Of a stretch of 64,000 bases of DNA, positions 1 to 7,820 are shown in pieces (within the stretch, counting starts at the first letter, position 1; every line of letters begins with the position of its first letter). The stretch is from Clostridiales bacterium (GTDB lineage: Bacteria > Bacillota > Clostridia > Christensenellales > UBA3700): NCBI GenBank assembly GCA_015055975.1, contig SVHF01000002.1:2225-66224 (forward strand), in the 5' to 3' direction. A model generated the notes under the pieces. It saw only the letters and a list, made by a program, of their open reading frames with translations, was not told where the DNA came from and ran no database searches. The position numbers and the translations under genes were made by a program.

Positions 1-1
1 T

Positions 2-532
2 ACTTTGCTTGTAGATTTTTTAAATAATAAGCAATACGATAAAGCTTTAAATTATCTTCAAGAGCATGGTGCCATTATAGATAGCATGACAATTAAGCAA
101 TACTGTAAAAACTATACAGTTAACTGTTTGCTTTCTTCGTATATTCAAAGAGCAGAAAAGGCTGGCATTAAGGTAGAGTGCCATGCGGATATTCCAGATG
201 AACTAAACATTGATGATTTAAAACTTGCGTCACTTTATGCAAACCTAATTGAAAACGCTATAGAAGCATGTGAAAGAATAAAGGATGAAACAATAACAAA
301 GTTCATTAATGTGCAAACTGCATTTGAGAATGGAACCCTAAGAATATTAATAGAAAATTCTGCAAACAATGATGTTAAATTTGATGGACCATTCCCAATT
401 TCCCAAAAGGCAAATCCAAGTGGTATTGGTACAAAGAATATTTATGAACTTGCACAACAATATAATGGACTTTGCGATTATTCTTTAGCAAACGGAATAT
501 TTACAGCAAGATTAATTTTGGTGGTTAAATAG
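2..532 (+). CDS. Sensor histidine kinase, C-terminal GHKL ATPase portion (5' end outside window)
   Basis: The frame is open to the window edge. LYANLIENAIEA (N-box-like) and PSGIGTKNIYELA (G-box-like) match the HATPase_c_5 domain of AgrC/ComD/LytS-type kinases. The stop TAG (530-532) overlaps the GTG of the next gene. Confidence 0.7.
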   Translation, partial: TLLVDFLNNKQYDKALNYLQEHGAIIDSMTIKQYCKNYTVNCLLSSYIQRAEKAGIKVECHADIPDELNIDDLKLASLYANLIENAIEACERIKDETITKFINVQTAFENGTLRILIENSANNDVKFDGPFPISQKANPSGIGTKNIYELAQQYNGLCDYSLANGIFTARLILVVK

Positions 533-1422
533 TGGATTCAAATAACACATTAAGGATATGTAAAAGTTATAAAGAACGTTTTGATAAACTTACAACGCTT
601 ATGGAATATCCTGAATTTAATGTGGATTATAACTTTTCAAAAAAGTATTTAAAAGAATTATCTGATATAAAGCCAATAGTAGATTTATACAATACGTATT
701 TAGAATTTTCAGATGAAAAAGATAGAGATTTAATAATTCAAGATATAAATAAAGAACTTTTAAAGGGAAGACATGATGAATACGATGGTATAGTCATTGA
801 GGTTTACTCTAAAGATAAGGAAGCAGCAAACTTTGTACTTTCTTCATATTTCAATTATTTTAAATCTAATGAATATAATGTGGATTTACAAAAAGACAAA
901 TTGATTGTATTTGGAGCATCGATATATTCTTTGTATAAAGTTGAGATGGGAACCCATATCTATTTGAATCATAAAGAAGCACAAGTGCAGGTATTAGTAT
1001 TGCCTTATAAAGATGTAAACGACTATACAGTATCTCTAAGGGATTTAAAGGTCGATTATTTCCACTCATCTGGCGCAGGCGGACAAAATATTAATAAAGT
1101 AGAAACGGCCGTTAGAATGACGCATAAAGAGACGGGAATAGTTGTTCAGTGCCAAGATGAAAGATCTCAATTGCAAAACAAGCAACGAGCATTAGAACTT
1201 ATTTCTAAAAAAGTTCAAGATTATTATGCTAAAAAGATAAATGATGATATCTCAAAAATTAGAAAAGATAAAAAATTATTGCAAGCTACAGTAAGAGTGT
1301 ATGATTTAACTAAAAATGAGCTATTTGAAACGCGCACGCAAAAGAAATATAATATTAGTGACGTGTTTATGGATAAACTTAGCGAAATAGATAGTGAGAT
1401 TTTAGTTAATGGAATTAAATAG
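532..1422 (+). CDS. Class-I peptide chain release factor paralogue with GGQ retained and decoding loop degenerate
   Basis: SSGAGGQNINKVETAVRMTHKETGIVVQCQDERSQLQNK (GGQ at nt 1078-1086) is a classic RF-1 domain. The N-terminus (ERFDKLTTLMEYPEF) aligns with the RF1 PCRF domain. No PxT or SPF motif is present. GTG start at 532 (taGTG coupling); the alternative in-frame ATG is at 601. Confidence 0.8.
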   Translation: MDSNNTLRICKSYKERFDKLTTLMEYPEFNVDYNFSKKYLKELSDIKPIVDLYNTYLEFSDEKDRDLIIQDINKELLKGRHDEYDGIVIEVYSKDKEAANFVLSSYFNYFKSNEYNVDLQKDKLIVFGASIYSLYKVEMGTHIYLNHKEAQVQVLVLPYKDVNDYTVSLRDLKVDYFHSSGAGGQNINKVETAVRMTHKETGIVVQCQDERSQLQNKQRALELISKKVQDYYAKKINDDISKIRKDKKLLQATVRVYDLTKNELFETRTQKKYNISDVFMDKLSEIDSEILVNGIK

Positions 1423-3826
1423 CGTAATCAATTTAAATATAGATTCAAATTTAACTATTCTTTCAGATCAATCTAGAATTTTCAAAACCGAGCTTTTTAT
1501 AAAACAAACAAAAGGGCTAAAAGGCGTAGACAGATTCTTAGAGAAAATATCTGATGGGATTTTACTTTCGCTAGATAAAAAGCAAGTTGATTTAAATGAT
1601 GCATATATCATTACATTGATGGAAGGGCAAAACTCTATCTTTTTCAAGTTCGGGAAAGCCGTTTTGAATCAAAAATGTAAAGATGCAGATATCGTTTTTT
1701 ATAAATTCATAACAAAAGATGAAATCAAAAACGAAGATAGAAGATTAGTTCGTGCTATCCAAAAAGAAAATATCTCAATATCTATAAAGAAGATCAAAGA
1801 TTTAGAAAAGGAAGCTTTTTCAAAGTTATATATTTTATCTAATGAAGATAAGGTTAACTTGCCACTTTTAAATAAAGAACAAGAAGAATTAGTTACAAAA
1901 GAAAACGATAACATAATTATCCAAGGTGTTGCTGGAAGCGGAAAGACTAATATATGTATAGACAGAATAGTTTATGCAGCTGCAAGAAGATATAGAGGAA
2001 AGATTCTATACAGCACTTATTCACATGCGCTATTACAGGATACTAAAAACAAAGTATCGTTATTTAATAGCAACATTAAAGATTTTGCTCAAAAGCTTAA
2101 AGATAAAAAAGTTCAATTTATTGGCAAGAACAAAAAGGTTGCTATAGAAAATAGATTGGGTATTTGGCTAGATGTTGATGCTGAAGAAAACATCATTAAA
2201 GCACTTCAAGAGATGTCTACATATTTGGAAACAAAAGTTGATTATATGCTTATTGAAGATCTATATAATAGCATTCAAAAAAGCAATAAGGAATTCGATA
2301 ACGAGAAAGAATTTGTCAATACATATTTAAAAAACATCAAAAATTATAATCTAAAGAGCAATATAGACAAGATATCCCATATCTCATATGAAGTTATATA
2401 TAAAGAAATATACGGGCTTATCTTTGGGTATGCAAAAGATGGCACTTTAGATATTATATCTTTGGATGAATATATAGATTTAAGAAAAGAAAGCTTTACA
2501 AAACAAGAAGCAACAATAATCTATATGATTGCTAAAGATTATCAAAAATACCAAGAGCAAAAAGGCATTATAGATAATAATATTGCGTCAAGATATATAC
2601 TTTCTAAAGCAAACTCAATAGATAAATATTCACTTTGTGTTTTAGATGAGGTTCAAGACTTTACTCAAATCAATTTAAATATGTTCAAGTCTATATCATA
2701 TAAGATGTTCTGTGTTGGTGATGCGCTACAAATGATTAACCCTGCATATTTTTCATTTGCATATCTAAAGAGGTTAATGTTTGAGAATAACTATATAAAT
2801 GTTACTGAGCTTAAGAACAATTATAGAAACTCAAAAAAGATAGAAAAGATAGTAGATAATTTGAGCGAATTAAATATAGAACAGTTTGGAACGCATAGTT
2901 TTGTGCTTAGAGGAAAGAGCGTTGATGACGATATGCTTGCAAAAGTTATATATGTAAATGATGGAAATTTCCAAGAAACAATAAAGAATAAAGCATATTC
3001 AGATGTATCAATAGTTGTTGGTTCAAAAGAAAAGAAACAAGAATTAAGAAAGATTCTTCCAAAGCAGGAAATATTAACCATATCTGAAATCAAAGGGCTT
3101 GAAAGAAACTTTGTAATACTTTTAGACATCCTTTCAGATAATTATCAAAAGTGGGATGTTTTAAGAAGAACAATAATAAGCAAGAAAAAGGCAGAAGAAA
3201 ATTCTGTTTATAGATATTATTTCAACCTATTCTATGTAGGTCTTACTCGTGCAAAACAAAATCTATTTGTAATCGAGAAAAAGCAAATTGAATTATTCAA
3301 AGATTTCTTTAATCAAAATTTTGAAAGCTTAGGAAATAAAGCAGCGTTTGATTTATTGGAATCTATTGCAAGTAAAGTTGATTTAGATAGAGACGAAATA
3401 ATAGAGCGTATAGAAGAATTTATTAAGCGTGAGCAATATGATAACGCAAGAGTGCTTTTAGATAGATTAGATAAAGACGATGCGCGTTTACAAGGAGCAA
3501 AGATAGATATATACGAAAAGTATGTATCAAAAGATAAAAATAGAGAAGCAGGTGTTGAGCTTTGGAAAGCTGGTCTTTTAAACGATGCAAAAGAGCAATT
3601 TAGAATATCTCATGATGAAAAGCTTATTGATTTAATAGATGCCTGTGAAACCAATGGTTCAAATCTAGAATATGACATCGTTGAATTTTTCGATGAGGTA
3701 AAAGATAACGATATTGCAAGACAATTAATTCTAGATACATTAAAAGAAGATTTAGAAAAATTAAAAAATGACCAAAACAAAATTATTAATAGCATAAATA
3801 AGAGGAGAACAAAGTATGGAAAATAA
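1409..3826 (+). CDS. UvrD/Rep-like SF1 helicase-family NTPase with unknown N-terminal (~170 aa) and helical C-terminal (~170 aa) extensions
   Basis: Walker A GVAGSGKTN (GSGKT at nt 1934-1948), motif II VLDEVQDF, motif III VGDALQMI, motif IV NYRNS, motif V IKGLERNFVILLD, motif VI FYVGLTRAKQNLFVIE. Overlaps the upstream gene by 14 nt. Confidence 0.75.
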   Translation: MELNSVINLNIDSNLTILSDQSRIFKTELFIKQTKGLKGVDRFLEKISDGILLSLDKKQVDLNDAYIITLMEGQNSIFFKFGKAVLNQKCKDADIVFYKFITKDEIKNEDRRLVRAIQKENISISIKKIKDLEKEAFSKLYILSNEDKVNLPLLNKEQEELVTKENDNIIIQGVAGSGKTNICIDRIVYAAARRYRGKILYSTYSHALLQDTKNKVSLFNSNIKDFAQKLKDKKVQFIGKNKKVAIENRLGIWLDVDAEENIIKALQEMSTYLETKVDYMLIEDLYNSIQKSNKEFDNEKEFVNTYLKNIKNYNLKSNIDKISHISYEVIYKEIYGLIFGYAKDGTLDIISLDEYIDLRKESFTKQEATIIYMIAKDYQKYQEQKGIIDNNIASRYILSKANSIDKYSLCVLDEVQDFTQINLNMFKSISYKMFCVGDALQMINPAYFSFAYLKRLMFENNYINVTELKNNYRNSKKIEKIVDNLSELNIEQFGTHSFVLRGKSVDDDMLAKVIYVNDGNFQETIKNKAYSDVSIVVGSKEKKQELRKILPKQEILTISEIKGLERNFVILLDILSDNYQKWDVLRRTIISKKKAEENSVYRYYFNLFYVGLTRAKQNLFVIEKKQIELFKDFFNQNFESLGNKAAFDLLESIASKVDLDRDEIIERIEEFIKREQYDNARVLLDRLDKDDARLQGAKIDIYEKYVSKDKNREAGVELWKAGLLNDAKEQFRISHDEKLIDLIDACETNGSNLEYDIVEFFDEVKDNDIARQLILDTLKEDLEKLKNDQNKIINSINKRRTKYGK

Positions 3827-4529
3827 CGAAGTACAATCTTTAATTAGCGCATTTAAAGGGTATAGAGATCTATTGAGTCCTATACAAACATCGTTACATG
3901 AGCTTGCAGATACATATTCTTCAATGGAAGCTGATCTAGATAAGCTTTCTCAAGCATTCAATGGAGATGCGAAAACAAAATTAAATCAAATCTATGATAA
4001 CTTAGCGACTCAGTCTAAAAAGTCGCAAGATTTGGCATCGGCTATCGATGAGTTTTTGAAGAGCAGTTCAAAATACATTTCTGATGTATCAAAGATTTCT
4101 TCTAATCTATCTGCATTTGAATCTAAAATTGCTGCTCTAAATGAAATAGAAACAAAAACTCAAGAGCAAATGAGAAGACTAGATACATTAATTGAAGAAA
4201 AGAAAATAAACTATAACGTTAAAGATTTAGAAAGAGCTCTTGATTCATACAATAACAATGTTCAAAAAGTTAGTGATTTCATTAATAAAGATGTTGCGCA
4301 ATCTTTAAATGAAACTTCAAGAAAGGTAGATGCTATTAAAAAAGATTCTGAAGTTTTGGCAAAACAAATTAAAGATGAGCATGGTTCCGTTGAAGAACTA
4401 TGTGCGACATTTAAATCTACAAATACGCTTTTAAAGAGCGTTGTAGAAAAAGAAGACGTTAATGAAGAATATATCTTCTCAATTCTAGATAAATGGGCAA
4501 ATGAAAGAGGAGTGAAGATTAAAAAATAA
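3816..4529 (+). CDS. Hypothetical all-helical/coiled-coil protein (237 aa)
   Basis: ORF with SD aagaggag upstream. Composition is rich in heptad-like E/K/L/S. Overlaps the helicase-like gene by 11 nt and the next gene by 1 nt. No motif recognised. Confidence 0.5.
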   Translation: MENNEVQSLISAFKGYRDLLSPIQTSLHELADTYSSMEADLDKLSQAFNGDAKTKLNQIYDNLATQSKKSQDLASAIDEFLKSSSKYISDVSKISSNLSAFESKIAALNEIETKTQEQMRRLDTLIEEKKINYNVKDLERALDSYNNNVQKVSDFINKDVAQSLNETSRKVDAIKKDSEVLAKQIKDEHGSVEELCATFKSTNTLLKSVVEKEDVNEEYIFSILDKWANERGVKIKK

Positions 4530-6352
4530 TGTTAGAAGATATTGAAAGCGAAATATTTAATGCCATTAAGGCAGATGATATAAAAAGCTTTGAAACACAC
4601 GTAAGTAAGGGCGCTGTGTTAAACATATCTTTTGGCAGATTCCCAATACTATCTCTTTGTTATTTGTATAATGCAAAGAAAATTATTGCAAAATATGAAG
4701 ATAGATTATTAAGTATCTCAACCTATACACGTGTTGAAGAAAATTTAGAGATGTATACGCTTTTCAAACAAAAAGCAGGGAGAATGTTGCGTATATATGC
4801 AGGTAAAGATAATATAATTCATCCACTTGAAATGCTAGCTATATTAAATCAAGCATCAAGATTGGAAAGTGTATATGCTAAAGCTTCAAAGACAAATAGA
4901 CAAATAGAAAATATAAAGCTTATTGAATCTATTAAACAATCTAAAGAAGTAAAAGCAACCGAAACAAAGATAGTTATGCCAAAGCAACCGCTAGACAAAA
5001 ACTTATTAAAGATGGCAGTAGCTTTCATGGCAGTATTTTTAATTGTAGCAATTGTATTTTCTGGCCTTGCTGTATATATCAATTACTTAGGAAATGGAAG
5101 CGAAGAAAGACCATATCGGGTCGTTTCATATAGCCAATTGAAACAAGCAATAAATGATAATGCATATATCGTTTTAAATAAGGATATAGATGTTGATGAA
5201 ATATCGTTTGAAGAATTCGGTGGAGTTATAGATGGCAATGGACACACTATAACAATTTCTAATCAACAAGCATCGATGTTTAAATCTCTATCTGGAACGA
5301 TTAAGAACTTGAATATAAATATAAAAGCAAATGTTGAATCAAATGTTGAATTTGGTCTTATATCGTCAAATCTAAAAGGATCTATTAATAGCGTCAATAT
5401 AGAAATTAATGGATCGATGAAATATACAGGAAGCGCTTCATCTGGCATGATATATTTTTCAACTTTGGCTATTACGAATGAGGGAAATATTTCAAATGTT
5501 AATTTAAAAGGAAATATTGATGTTATTGGAAATGGCAATAATGATGTTGTGTATGGTGCTGTTGCTAATAACAAATCAACAATTGAATATATAACTATTG
5601 ATTGTAATGTGAATCTTTCAGAAGTAAACGGCGCAAATGTTTCTTATTTAAATCAAGGAAGTATTGAAAACGCAATTAATAATGGAAAGGTTATACAAAC
5701 ATCAAATGCATACAATTGCGATTTATTAGTATCATCAATTGCTGTTGAAAACTATGGGACAATAAAGAATTGCCAAAATAATGGAGAATTGGAAATAGAT
5801 GCTATAAACGAATCTGGAGTATATTCGCGAATCGGTGGTATTGCTTGTACAAATACAAAGCTAATTGAACATTGTAAAAATACAGGGAAGATTATTTGCA
5901 ATGCAAAATATACTGTATTTGTGCTAGGTGGAATCTCAGCCATTGGCGATAGGTATTATCAAGATGAATTACCAACATATAAAGAATGTGCATCGTGTGG
6001 TGATGTAGAAATAAGCGTTGAAGATTCTAGATCTATGGGCTATATAGGTGGTATAGTTGGTGGCTATGATAATTATGGCTATATAGATTTTGTAGATAAC
6101 TATTCAATAATGGATGTTAATACAATTGGTGAATATAATTTATTGCTAATTGGTGGTATGGCAGGACTTTGGCCAAGCAATGGAACGCTTGCTAACAATG
6201 CGTATTTATTCACAACAGCCGTTCTTCATGGATTGTATGTGCGTCGCAATTATTTTATTGAAGTTAAATATGAAGCATATGATTCTGGAGATGGAATGTT
6301 TGCAGGGTATACTAAAAAAGAAGATATAGAAAAATTGGAGATTTATTGGTGA
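4529..6352 (+). CDS. Single-pass membrane protein with an ankyrin-like N-terminal cytoplasmic region and an extracellular GLUG-motif repeat (beta-helix-like) domain
   Basis: TM helix LLKMAVAFMAVFLIVAIVFSGLAVYINYL. Repeated G-x-I-x-N / GGI(A/V/S)G segments (IGGIACTN..IEHCKNTGKI, LGGISAIG, IGGIVGGY, IGGMAGL) are characteristic of GLUG motifs. Confidence 0.6.
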   Translation: MLEDIESEIFNAIKADDIKSFETHVSKGAVLNISFGRFPILSLCYLYNAKKIIAKYEDRLLSISTYTRVEENLEMYTLFKQKAGRMLRIYAGKDNIIHPLEMLAILNQASRLESVYAKASKTNRQIENIKLIESIKQSKEVKATETKIVMPKQPLDKNLLKMAVAFMAVFLIVAIVFSGLAVYINYLGNGSEERPYRVVSYSQLKQAINDNAYIVLNKDIDVDEISFEEFGGVIDGNGHTITISNQQASMFKSLSGTIKNLNINIKANVESNVEFGLISSNLKGSINSVNIEINGSMKYTGSASSGMIYFSTLAITNEGNISNVNLKGNIDVIGNGNNDVVYGAVANNKSTIEYITIDCNVNLSEVNGANVSYLNQGSIENAINNGKVIQTSNAYNCDLLVSSIAVENYGTIKNCQNNGELEIDAINESGVYSRIGGIACTNTKLIEHCKNTGKIICNAKYTVFVLGGISAIGDRYYQDELPTYKECASCGDVEISVEDSRSMGYIGGIVGGYDNYGYIDFVDNYSIMDVNTIGEYNLLLIGGMAGLWPSNGTLANNAYLFTTAVLHGLYVRRNYFIEVKYEAYDSGDGMFAGYTKKEDIEKLEIYW

Positions 6353-6353
6353 C

Positions 6354-6575
6354 ATGAGGGAAGATAAGGCTAAATTTGTATTACGTATCTCGATTTTAAC
6401 TATTTTGGCAATTGATGCTATAGCAATAATTGCTGCGATTGTTTTTGGCATTTTATTGGGAATAGGGGCGATTCTACAATCTAAAATAATGATAATAGCC
6501 GCAATTGTTATCGCGGCCATAAATGTCTTAGAAATCATATTGATTCCTATTGTTCTAAATAAATATAAAGGTTAA
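6354..6575 (+). CDS. Small hydrophobic protein (73 aa, about two TM helices)
   Basis: ATG lies 1 nt after the stop of the GLUG protein gene. Ile/Ala-rich TM segments. Its 3' end overlaps the convergent TetR gene by 4 nt. Confidence 0.4.
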   Translation: MREDKAKFVLRISILTILAIDAIAIIAAIVFGILLGIGAILQSKIMIIAAIVIAAINVLEIILIPIVLNKYKG

Positions 6576-7174
6576 TTATTTAAAATATGTTCTATGCTAG
6601 ATATAACTAGTTCGCTCATATATCCATAGTCGATATATTCATGTTTGTCATATAGATATTCATGAGCATAAGATTGAACAATATCCATAATTAAATGAAC
6701 TTTATCTGTTAGGTGGTTTTTGTTAAAACCTAATTCTTCAAGCTTTTTAGCACCAACTTCAGTAAGTAGCTTTTCTAGTTCCATAAATTCTTCATTGATA
6801 TCGTTGTGAGTATCAGCAAGCGAGTGAAGAATGTTATGAAGATTTGCATTAGTGTGGTGAATCTTAATAGTAATAGTTAATAAAGATTTAGCAAGTTCGT
6901 GCGCACTAATTGGACCTTGGTTAGAATCTATAAAATCAAATAGTGGCTTTTTTACATCTTCAATATATATTTTAATTACATAAAACAAGATGTCTCTTTT
7001 GTCTTTAAAGTAACTATATACAATACCAGTAGAAACTCCAGCAGCTTTTGCAATATCTGCAGTATTGGTGTTGTAATATCCAACATCTGAAAATACTTTA
7101 TAAGCAGCATTGATTATTGCTTCTTTCTTTTTAATAGCTCTATCTTGTTGAGGTTGTCTAATGCTTGTGTCCAT
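6572..7174 (-). CDS. TetR/AcrR family transcriptional regulator
   Basis: N-terminal HTH AIINAAYKVFSDVGYYNTNTADIAKAAGVSTGIVYSYFKDKRDIL is typical of TetR_N. Confidence 0.85.
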   Translation of the reverse strand: MDTSIRQPQQDRAIKKKEAIINAAYKVFSDVGYYNTNTADIAKAAGVSTGIVYSYFKDKRDILFYVIKIYIEDVKKPLFDFIDSNQGPISAHELAKSLLTITIKIHHTNANLHNILHSLADTHNDINEEFMELEKLLTEVGAKKLEELGFNKNHLTDKVHLIMDIVQSYAHEYLYDKHEYIDYGYMSELVISSIEHILNN

Positions 7175-7259
7175 ACGTCTATATTATACCGAATTGGTCG
7201 TTAAAAGCAAGATGTAATATAGAATATTAGAAAAATGTGAAAAATAATTCATATTTCGC

Positions 7260-7288
7260 TTGACAACACGATTACGACAATATAGTAT
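7260..7288 (+). promoter_or_regulatory. Putative sigma-A promoter of the feo operon
   Basis: TTGACA (7260-7265), 17-nt spacer, TAGTAT (7283-7288), about 55 nt upstream of feoA. Confidence 0.45.
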
Positions 7289-7343
7289 ATAGTTGTGAAA
7301 TTGAAATAAGTTTCATATATTTTGTGTTAGGAAGGTTAGAAAT

Positions 7344-7556
7344 ATGCCAATAGTATTAGCGCCAACAAATAAGGTGTTGAAAATAGTAAGAATAGCTGCA
7401 GACGAGAAAACGAAGAAGCACTTAGAGAATTTAGGTATAACAATTAACGGAGAAATAACAGTTTTAAGTTCTTCAGGCGGAACAGTAGTTTGCAAGATAA
7501 AAGATGGAAGAATTGCGTTAGATGGAAATTTGTCAACGCACATTTTCGTTGCTTAA
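7344..7556 (+). CDS. feoA: FeoA-domain protein
   Basis: 70 aa. The pattern LKIVRI..(x)..HLENLGITINGEITVL..GGTVVCKIKDGRIALD is the FeoA SH3-like fold. SD ggaagg upstream. Confidence 0.85.
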   Translation: MPIVLAPTNKVLKIVRIAADEKTKKHLENLGITINGEITVLSSSGGTVVCKIKDGRIALDGNLSTHIFVA

Positions 7557-7586
7557 TAGGAAAAAAATTAAAGGAGCATATAGATT

Positions 7587-7820
7587 ATGGAAAAAACATT
7601 GGATAATTTTTCTATAGGCGAAACAGGCATCGTAAAGATGGTTGCAGGCGAAGGAAAAATTAAAAGAAGACTTTTCGATATGGGAATTACACCAGGTGCA
7701 GAAGTTTTCTTAAGAAAGAAGGCTCCTCTAGGTGATCCAATTGAAATCACTTTGAGAGGCTACGAGCTAACTTTGAGAAAGAGTGAAGCAGCTTGTGTTA
7801 CAGTGGAGGTAAAAGCATGA
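7587..7820 (+). CDS. feoA: FeoA-domain protein (second copy)
   Basis: GETGIVKMVAGEGKIKRRLFDMGITPGAEVFLRKKAPLGDPIEITLRGYELTLRKSEA is canonical FeoA. The stop TGA overlaps the feoB ATG. Confidence 0.85.
   Translation: MEKTLDNFSIGETGIVKMVAGEGKIKRRLFDMGITPGAEVFLRKKAPLGDPIEITLRGYELTLRKSEAACVTVEVKA

Noticed and set aside
7240-7256. Possible Fur box (aaaataattcatattt) upstream of feoA
   Set aside because: It shows only a loose AT-rich resemblance to the 7-1-7 Fur consensus and is not a good palindrome. In ~67% A+T DNA this is expected by chance. It is mentioned only as something to scan.
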